A stretch of 21,396 bases of DNA from a virus. Lineage: Duplodnaviria > Heunggongvirae > Uroviricota > Caudoviricetes. The stretch's first letter is position 1; every line of letters begins with the position of its first letter. A model generated the notes under the pieces. It did not search any database. It was not told the DNA's origin and worked only from the letters and a program-made list of their open reading frames with translations. Below are positions 15,162 to 21,396 of this stretch, piece after piece. The position numbers were made by a program, and so were the translations under genes. The DNA lies in the IMG/VR virus record IMGVR_UViG_2531839486_000009; one strand, given 5' to 3'.

Positions 15162-15502
15162 GGGAGGCCACACTGTATTCCCTGTTGTCTCAGCTGGCCG
15201 GAGGACAGGTTTATCCTTATGTGGTCCCGCTGACGGAGGGAAAGCCTGCGGTATCTCCGCCGTGGCTGGTGTTTTCTGTGGTGTCTGACACGGCATCTGA
15301 TGTGCTTGATGGGCAGGCTGAATCCAGAATTACCGTGCAGATCGATGTCTGGGCGACAGTACCTGATGACGCAGATAATATTCGTGAGCAGGCGCTTGAT
15401 GCGGTAAGGAAACTGGCACCCTCCGTTATTTCTAAAACGCAGGGTTATGATCCTGATTCCCGTCTGAGCAGAGCCACGCTTGAATTTCAGGTAATAGCCT
15501 GA
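15158..15502 (+). CDS. tail completion / tail terminator-like protein
   Basis: 114 aa; ATGA overlap; last gene before major tail protein; followed by terminator. Confidence 0.6.
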   Translation: MREATLYSLLSQLAGGQVYPYVVPLTEGKPAVSPPWLVFSVVSDTASDVLDGQAESRITVQIDVWATVPDDADNIREQALDAVRKLAPSVISKTQGYDPDSRLSRATLEFQVIA

Positions 15503-15523
15503 GGTCGTTAATGATTTTACCCA

Positions 15524-15548
15524 CCCGCCGCTGGCGGGTTTTTTATTT
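15524..15548 (+). terminator. intrinsic terminator before major tail gene
   Basis: cccgcc-gct-ggcggg hairpin followed by ttttttatttt. Confidence 0.55.
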
Positions 15549-15561
15549 TCAGGAGACGAGT

Positions 15562-16266
15562 ATGTCCTCTAATTTTGAGCGTTCGCAACTGACGAAAATT
15601 ATGATTTCGTCTGCACCGGTAACAGCAGAAACCCTGGATTCTGCCAGCTATCTTGGCCTGAGCTGTACAATCAAAGAAGTGCAGTTTACCGCTGGACAAA
15701 AGCAGGATATTGATGTCACCACGCTGTGTTCTGTTGAGCAGGAAAATATTAACGGTCTTGGTGCCGCGTCAGAGATTTCCATGTCAGGCAACTTTTACCT
15801 CAATGCTGCCCAGAATGCGTTGCGCAGTGCCTATGACAATGACACCACGTATGGCTTTAAAGTTATTTTTCCGTCAGGCAACGGATTTACCTTTATGGCA
15901 GAAGTGCGTCAGCATACCTGGTCTGCAGGAACCAATGGTGTTGTGGCTGCAACGTTTTCCCTGCGTCTGAAAGGCAAACCTGTGCTGACGACAGCTTCGC
16001 TGAAAGTGAAGGTTGATTTAAAAAGCACGCTGCGGGTTGCTTCCGGAGCGAAACTTGAAATGGCGGTTGAGGCTGCGGGTGGTGTGCCGCCTTATTCTTA
16101 TGTCTGGAAGAAAGGTGGTTCTCCTGTTTCCGGACAGACGGCGGCAACGTTCAGTAAGGCATCAGCATCATCCGGTGATGCGGGTGCGTATACCTGCGAG
16201 ATTTCTGATTCAGCGAGCCCGGTTAACAAAGTGACCTCCACTTCCTGCACTGTAACCGTCAGTTAA
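15562..16266 (+). CDS. major tail protein with C-terminal Ig-like domain
   Basis: ATG 15562 with AGGAG RBS; tool ORF opens at 15511 across the terminator. 234 aa; C-terminal ~80 aa are Ser/Thr/Gly-rich with ...GAYTCEISD..., typical of Ig-like decorations on siphovirus tail tube proteins. Confidence 0.8.
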   Translation: MSSNFERSQLTKIMISSAPVTAETLDSASYLGLSCTIKEVQFTAGQKQDIDVTTLCSVEQENINGLGAASEISMSGNFYLNAAQNALRSAYDNDTTYGFKVIFPSGNGFTFMAEVRQHTWSAGTNGVVAATFSLRLKGKPVLTTASLKVKVDLKSTLRVASGAKLEMAVEAAGGVPPYSYVWKKGGSPVSGQTAATFSKASASSGDAGAYTCEISDSASPVNKVTSTSCTVTVS

Positions 16267-16280
16267 TGAGGATGGATGTG

Positions 16281-16652
16281 ATGACTAAAAATATCCGTAA
16301 TCTGGCACTGGCAACGATGTCGGGGTTTCGCCATAAAACCGTTGATGTGCCTGAATGGGAGGGAGCAACGGTTGTGTTACGGGAACCTTCTGCAGAAGCC
16401 TGGTTGCGCTGGCAGGAGATCGTTAAAGCAAAAGATGATGAGACACCGTTATCCGTTGCGGAGCGCGCCCGCCGAAATCTGGAGGCAGATGTTGAACTGT
16501 TCATTGATGTTCTGTGTGATACCGGACTGCAACCCGTATTTTCAGAGGATGATCGTGAACAGGTGATTGCCGTGTATGGCCCGGTGCATGCGCGGCTTCT
16601 TCGGCAGTCTCTGGAACTGATCAGTGATGCCGGCGAGGTTAAAAAAAAGTAG
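16281..16652 (+). CDS. tail assembly chaperone G-like
   Basis: GAGGA RBS 8 nt before ATG 16281 (alternative starts 16266/16272). Ends ...GEVKKK at the slippery A-run; position between major tail and tape measure. Confidence 0.7.
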   Translation: MTKNIRNLALATMSGFRHKTVDVPEWEGATVVLREPSAEAWLRWQEIVKAKDDETPLSVAERARRNLEADVELFIDVLCDTGLQPVFSEDDREQVIAVYGPVHARLLRQSLELISDAGEVKKK

Positions 16653-16954
16653 CGCTTCCGGGGATGCGTTTTCTGATGATGCTGGCGCTCAGGATGGGGC
16701 GCACATTGTCAGAGTTACGCCGGGAAATGTCCGCATCAGAAATCATGATGTGGGCAGAATTTGACAGGTTCAGCCCGCTGGGGGACGAACGGGCTGATTT
16801 CCGGGCTGCCCAGATTGTTTCAGCTGTTTACGGTGCGCAGGGGGTCAAAGTGTCACTGAATGATGCGCTTCTTCAGTGGGAGAAGGAGCAGACAGAAGGC
16901 GCTTCAGATCCATTTGCCGGACTGGAAAACGCGCTTTTAATAGTGTCTCAGTGA
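16281..16954 (+). CDS. tail assembly chaperone G-T fusion via programmed -1 frameshift
   Basis: Tool ORF 16664..16954 is in the -1 frame relative to G and open from 16643; slippery A-AAA-AAG sits at the end of G. Classic G/GT arrangement. Confidence 0.6.
16641..16649 (+). other. -1 ribosomal frameshift slippery site (AAAAAAAAG)
   Basis: Eight A then G immediately before the G stop codon TAG 16650-16652; the downstream frame continues as ...VALPGMRFLMM... Confidence 0.6.
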
Positions 16955-16962
16955 GTCAACAT

Positions 16963-16984
16963 AACCGCTTCGGCGGTTTTTTTT
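16963..16984 (+). terminator. hairpin plus T-tract between T and tape measure gene
   Basis: aaccgc-ttcg-gcggtt followed by tttttttt; GGAGA RBS and ATG 16995 follow. Confidence 0.5.
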
Positions 16985-16994
16985 CGTCCGGAGA

Positions 16995-19900
16995 ATGAGT
17001 GTGGCGACATTACGTGAACTGATTATTAAAATCTCGGCAAATTCCCGGTCATTCCAGTCAGAGATCTCCCGGGCTTCGCGTATGGGGCAGGATTACTACC
17101 GTACCATGCAGAACGGAGGCCGGCAGTCCGCTGCTGCATCCCGTGAAATGCGGCGTGCACTGGCAGAAGTGACGGATCAGATAAATACAGCTAAATCTTC
17201 GGCACTGAATATGGCGGGGGCATTTGCCGGGGCTTTTGCTACCGGTCATCTTATTTCTCTCGCCGATGAGTGGAATTCAGTAAATGCCCGTCTGAAGCAG
17301 GCCTCACAGTCCAGTGATGATTTTCAGGTATCACAACGTGAATTAATGGCGATCAGCCAGAGAACGGGGACGGCGTTTTCTGATAACGCCAGCCTTTTTG
17401 CCCGTTCTGCAGCTTCCATGCGGGAGGATGGTTACAGTTCTGAGGAGGTACTGAAAGTCACCGAGGCGATCTCCACGGGCCTGAAATTATCCGGTGCCAG
17501 TACAGCAGAAGCCAGTTCGGTGATCACGCAGTTCAGTCAGGCACTGGCGCAGGGAGTGCTGCGCGGTGAAGAGTTTAACTCGGTGAATGAGAGCGGTGAT
17601 CGTGTTATTCGTGCGCTGGCTGCGGGAATGGGCGTTGCCCGTAAGGATCTGAAGGCCATGGCGGATAACGGAAAACTAACCGCCGATAAGGTTGTTCCTG
17701 CACTGATTAGTCAGCTTGGGGCGTTGCGTGATGAATATGCAGCAATGCCTGATACGGTTTCATCCTCTGCAACCAAAGTTGAAAACGCCTTTATGGCCTG
17801 GGTTGGTGGTGCGAACGAGGCAAGCGGAGTGACGAAGACGCTCTCCGGGGTGCTGAATGGTCTTGCAGGCAATATTGATACCGTGGCAACCGCTGCCGGT
17901 GCTCTGGTTGCCGTCGGGGTAGCCCGATATTTTGGCAATATGGCGTCGTCTGCTGGATCTGCAACTGCCGGATTAATTACTGCAGCCAGAAACGAAGTGG
18001 CTCTTGCTGAAGCGCAACTTCGGGGGACACAGATAGCAACCGCCAGGGCGCGTGCGGCGGTTTATCGTGCGCAACAGGCGGTTGTTGCTGCTCGCGGTAC
18101 CGAAAGGCAGGCCGCAGCAGAAGCGAAGCTGACAGCTGCTCAGGCGTCACTTACCCGTAATATTGCGGCCAGAACAGCGGCACAGACAACGCTGAATACT
18201 GTCACGTCAGTGGGGAGTCGTCTGTTAAGTGGTGCGCTGGGGTTGGTTGGTGGTGTGCCGGGACTCGTCATGCTGGGGGCGACGGCCTGGTACACGATGT
18301 ATCAGAATCAGGAGCAGGCCAGAGAATCTGCACGCCAGTATGCCGCAACAATCGACGAAATTCGCCAGAAAACGTCGGCAATGTCGCTTCCTGAAGCGTC
18401 AGATAATGAGGAAAAGACGCGGCAGGCACTTGATGAGCAAAACAGGTTAATTGACGAGCAGAAAAGTAAGATTAAATCCTTACAGGAAAAAATTGCTGGC
18501 TATCAGTATGTGCTGGCAAACCCGGGCTGGACAACCGATAACGGTTTTATGATTAACCACATGACGTCGGTAAAAACTGTCACAGAAGGGCTTGCAGAAG
18601 CAACAAATCAACTGGCAGTTGAACAGTCCCGTCTCACACAAATGCAGGGCAAAGCGCAATCCATTCAGGATGTGCTTGCCGGGCTGGAGGAGCGACGGGT
18701 GGCGTTGATCCGTCAACAGGCCGCGGAACAAAACAAAGCGTATCAGTCCCTGTTGATCATGAATGGGCAGCATACCGAGTTTAATCGCCTTCTCGGGCTC
18801 GGTAATGAATTACTTCAGCAGCGACAGGGGCTGGTGAATGTACCGTTACGGCTACCACAGGCAACCCTGGATGATAAACAGCAGACTGCACTGAATAACA
18901 GCGAGCGCGAACTGGCTCTGTCCCGCCTGAAGGGGGAAGCCCGTGAGCGTGCCCGCCTGGGTTATGCTGCGGATGATCTCGGCTTTGTGGGAGAGGCGTA
19001 TCAGACAGCCAGACAGAATTATATCAATAACTCACTGGATGCCTGGCGAAATAACCAGGCAAATAAACCCAAAGCGCATAAAAAGACCGAAGCGGAAAAA
19101 ACAGAAGATATTTATAAACGGCTGATTAAACAGCAAAAAGAACAAATAGCACTGGCAGGGCAGAATACTGAACTGGCTAAGATGAAATATCAGGTCAGTC
19201 AGGGCGAATTATCAACCCTGTCAGAAGCGCAGAAAAAAACGCTTTTGCAGAATGCAGCACTCATCGACCAGAAAAAGATTCGTGAGCAGCTTGCTGCGTA
19301 TGAAAGCAGCCTGGCGGACAGTAATGCCAGTGCCCGGGCATCTGACGACGCGCAGTTACTGGGATATGGTGAAGGCTCACGGATGCGTGAACGACTCCAG
19401 GAAATGTGGAGTATCCGGCATGAGTTTGAGCAGAAAAATAACGAGCTTCTGAGACAGTATCAGGCCGGAGAAATTGAAGAAGCCCTGTGGAAACAGGAGA
19501 AAGAACTGAATAAAAAATATCTGGAAGAGCGTCTCAGCGATCAGCAGGATTATTATGCAAAGGCCGATGCTTTACGTAATAACTGGAATGCAGGACTCCA
19601 GGAGGGGCTGACCAACTGGGCAGACAGTGCCACCGATTATGCTTCGCAGGCGGCAGATGCTGTCGTTTCCACTATGGACGGACTGGTATCAAATATTTCC
19701 GATGCACTGGCCGGAAATGTTGTGGACTGGAGAAACTGGGGGAGTTCAGTTCTCCGGGAAGTTTCAAAAATTCTGATGAATGCGGCCATTGTTAACGGAC
19801 TGAAGTCACTCTCCGGTGCCGGAGGGTGGCTTGGTACGGTCGGCGGATGGATTTCGGGGGCGGTGGCAAACGCAAAAGGTGGTGTTTACACATCGGCAAA

Positions 19901-20228
19901 TCTGAGTGCTTACAGTAACACTATTGTGGATACACCGACGTATTTTGCTTTTGCGAAAGGTGCCGGGCTGATGGGCGAGGCCGGGCCTGAAGCTATCATG
20001 CCACTGACACGGGCAGCGGACGGCTCTCTTGGGGTCAGAGCCATTGGCAATGTGAATAGTGGCGGGGGGGTTGTTTATTCTCCCGTGTATCACATCAGCA
20101 TTCAGAATCAAGGGAACAATGGCGAGATAGATGCGCGCTCAGCCAGGGGACTGGTGGATCTGATCGACAGCAGGGTTGTGTCAATTATGCAGTCATCGCG
20201 TCGGGATGGAGGATTGTACAGTGCCTGA
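16995..20228 (+). CDS. H: tail tape measure protein (lambda H-like)
   Basis: 1077 aa, Ala/Gln-rich with long predicted helical stretches; position after G/GT and before M. Confidence 0.9.
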   Translation: MSVATLRELIIKISANSRSFQSEISRASRMGQDYYRTMQNGGRQSAAASREMRRALAEVTDQINTAKSSALNMAGAFAGAFATGHLISLADEWNSVNARLKQASQSSDDFQVSQRELMAISQRTGTAFSDNASLFARSAASMREDGYSSEEVLKVTEAISTGLKLSGASTAEASSVITQFSQALAQGVLRGEEFNSVNESGDRVIRALAAGMGVARKDLKAMADNGKLTADKVVPALISQLGALRDEYAAMPDTVSSSATKVENAFMAWVGGANEASGVTKTLSGVLNGLAGNIDTVATAAGALVAVGVARYFGNMASSAGSATAGLITAARNEVALAEAQLRGTQIATARARAAVYRAQQAVVAARGTERQAAAEAKLTAAQASLTRNIAARTAAQTTLNTVTSVGSRLLSGALGLVGGVPGLVMLGATAWYTMYQNQEQARESARQYAATIDEIRQKTSAMSLPEASDNEEKTRQALDEQNRLIDEQKSKIKSLQEKIAGYQYVLANPGWTTDNGFMINHMTSVKTVTEGLAEATNQLAVEQSRLTQMQGKAQSIQDVLAGLEERRVALIRQQAAEQNKAYQSLLIMNGQHTEFNRLLGLGNELLQQRQGLVNVPLRLPQATLDDKQQTALNNSERELALSRLKGEARERARLGYAADDLGFVGEAYQTARQNYINNSLDAWRNNQANKPKAHKKTEAEKTEDIYKRLIKQQKEQIALAGQNTELAKMKYQVSQGELSTLSEAQKKTLLQNAALIDQKKIREQLAAYESSLADSNASARASDDAQLLGYGEGSRMRERLQEMWSIRHEFEQKNNELLRQYQAGEIEEALWKQEKELNKKYLEERLSDQQDYYAKADALRNNWNAGLQEGLTNWADSATDYASQAADAVVSTMDGLVSNISDALAGNVVDWRNWGSSVLREVSKILMNAAIVNGLKSLSGAGGWLGTVGGWISGAVANAKGGVYTSANLSAYSNTIVDTPTYFAFAKGAGLMGEAGPEAIMPLTRAADGSLGVRAIGNVNSGGGVVYSPVYHISIQNQGNNGEIDARSARGLVDLIDSRVVSIMQSSRRDGGLYSA

Positions 20229-20562
20229 GCCTGAAGTTTTTAACTGGATCCCCCGTGAGGGGATGGAGACGACACGAAAGCCATCAGTTATTACGGTAAA
20301 GTTTGGTGACGGATATGAACAGCGACGGGCTGGTGGTCTGAATGCGGATCTGAAAACGTTTAAACCGGTATTTCGTGTCACAGATGAATATTCCCGTGCC
20401 GCGCTGGACAGTTTTTTATCCCGTCATGCCGGGATTCGTGCTTTTTTGTGGCGTCCGCCAAAACACAACAGGACTGTCCGGGTTGTCTGCAGGGAGTGGA
20501 GCATTTCGGATAATGCCATGTATACCGATTTTAACTGTACCTTTGAAGAGGTCACTCACTGA
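20221..20562 (+). CDS. M: minor tail protein M
   Basis: Translation ...VKFGDGYEQRRAGGLNADLKT...FLWRPP... parallels lambda gpM (..VRFGDGYSQRAPAGLNANLKT...FLWTPP..) from memory. Start chosen at GTG 20221 with GGAGG 8 nt upstream; tool ORF opens at 20176. Confidence 0.8.
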   Translation: MPEPEVFNWIPREGMETTRKPSVITVKFGDGYEQRRAGGLNADLKTFKPVFRVTDEYSRAALDSFLSRHAGIRAFLWRPPKHNRTVRVVCREWSISDNAMYTDFNCTFEEVTH

Positions 20563-21260
20563 TGCAGGATATACAGCAGGAAACACTCAATGAGTGCACT
20601 AAAACGGAGCAATCCGCGCTGATCGTGCTCTGGGAAGTCGATCTGACAGAGGTCGGCGGAGAACGTTATTTTTTCTGTAATGAGCAGAACGAAAAAGGTG
20701 AGTCGGTCACTTGGCAGGGGCGACAGTATCAGGCGTACCCTATTCAGGGAAGCGGCTTTGAGATGAACGGCAAAGGAGCCAGTGCAAGACCAACGCTGAA
20801 AGTCTCTAACCTGCACGGCATGGTCACCGGGATGGCGGAAGACCTGCAGAGTCTGGTCGGCGGAACGGTGGTCAGGCGTAAGGTTTACGCCCGTTTTCTG
20901 GATGCGGTGAACTTCGTCAACGGAAACAGTGACGCCGATCCGGAGCAGGAGGTGATCAGCCGCTGGCGCATCGAGCAGTGCAGCGAACTGAGCGCGGTCA
21001 GTGCCTCCTTTGTGTTGTCCACACCGACGGAAACGGATGGTGCCGTTTTTCCGGGGCGCATCATGCTGGCCAACACCTGCACCTGGATCTACCGCGGCGA
21101 TGAGTGCGGTTATGATGGCCCGGCTGTCGCGGATGAATATGACCAGCCGACGTCCGATATCACGAAGGATAAATGCAGCAAATGCCTGAGTGGCTGTAAG
21201 TTTCGCAATAACGTCGGCAACTTTGGCGGCTTCCTTTCCATTAACAAACTTTCGCAGTAA
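20562..21260 (+). CDS. L: minor tail protein L
   Basis: 232 aa; ATGA overlap with M; C-terminal Cys cluster (CGYDG...CSKCLSGCKF) and synteny M-L-K as in lambda. Confidence 0.85.
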   Translation: MQDIQQETLNECTKTEQSALIVLWEVDLTEVGGERYFFCNEQNEKGESVTWQGRQYQAYPIQGSGFEMNGKGASARPTLKVSNLHGMVTGMAEDLQSLVGGTVVRRKVYARFLDAVNFVNGNSDADPEQEVISRWRIEQCSELSAVSASFVLSTPTETDGAVFPGRIMLANTCTWIYRGDECGYDGPAVADEYDQPTSDITKDKCSKCLSGCKFRNNVGNFGGFLSINKLSQ

Positions 21261-21264
21261 TCCC

Positions 21265-21396
21265 ATGACACAGACAGAATCAGCGATTCTGGCGCACGCC
21301 CGGCGATGTGCGCCAGCGGAATCGTGCGGCTTCGTGGTGAGAACGCCGGAGGGGGAAAGATATTTTCCCTGCGTGAATATCTCCGGTGAGCCGGAG
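21265..21396 (+). CDS. K: tail assembly protein K (N-terminal part; 3' end outside window)
   Basis: Translation MTQTESAILAHARRCAPAESCGFVVRTPEGERYFPCVNISGEPE matches the lambda gpK N-terminus as I recall it almost residue for residue. Confidence 0.85.
   Translation, partial: MTQTESAILAHARRCAPAESCGFVVRTPEGERYFPCVNISGEPE

Noticed and set aside
15511-15561. N-terminal extension of tool ORF 15511..16266
   Set aside because: Spans the terminator at 15524-15548; ATG 15562 with AGGAG RBS is the likely start.
20556-21266. Minus-strand 236-codon ORF antisense to gene L
   Set aside because: Shadow ORF opposite a gene matching lambda L in sequence and synteny.
1-21396. CRISPR arrays, rRNA genes, integrase or attachment site
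   Set aside because: No short direct repeats with regular spacers, no rRNA-like sequence and no integrase-like ORF were seen in this window; the prophage ends lie outside it.

Overview
This window is the right arm of a lambdoid prophage from an Escherichia-like enterobacterial genome, with nearly all genes on the + strand. Order: (1) the 3' end of an IS4-family-like transposase gene, then nin-region genes (a hypothetical ORF, an apparently split DUF968/YdfU-like gene, rusA); (2) a zinc-finger Q-type late antiterminator followed by a pR'-like promoter, tR'-like terminator and two tRNA genes (anticodons CAT and TCT); (3) a ~2 kb AT-rich moron island at the position where Stx phages carry stxAB, with no stx-like ORF but an orphan minus-strand gene with its own strong RBS, short sense ORFs and two hairpin/T-tract terminators; (4) a phage-21-type lysis cassette (dual-start pinholin, SAR endolysin, Rz with embedded Rz1) interrupted by an unassigned 116-codon gene between holin and endolysin; (5) bor on the minus strand; (6) HNH endonuclease, small and large terminase, portal, prohead protease, HK97-type major capsid protein and head-tail connector genes; (7) major tail protein with Ig-like C-terminus, G/GT tail chaperone with an A-AAA-AAG -1 frameshift site, tape measure protein, and lambda-like M, L and the start of K. 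No rRNA or CRISPR array was seen. The best candidates for undescribed biology are the moron island (3561-5530), the gene inside the lysis cassette (5783-6133), and a 40-codon ORF with a near-ideal RBS plus a perfect palindrome between bor and the HNH gene. All calls come from reading translations, motifs and signals by eye; no database search or computation was run, so family names are recollection-based.
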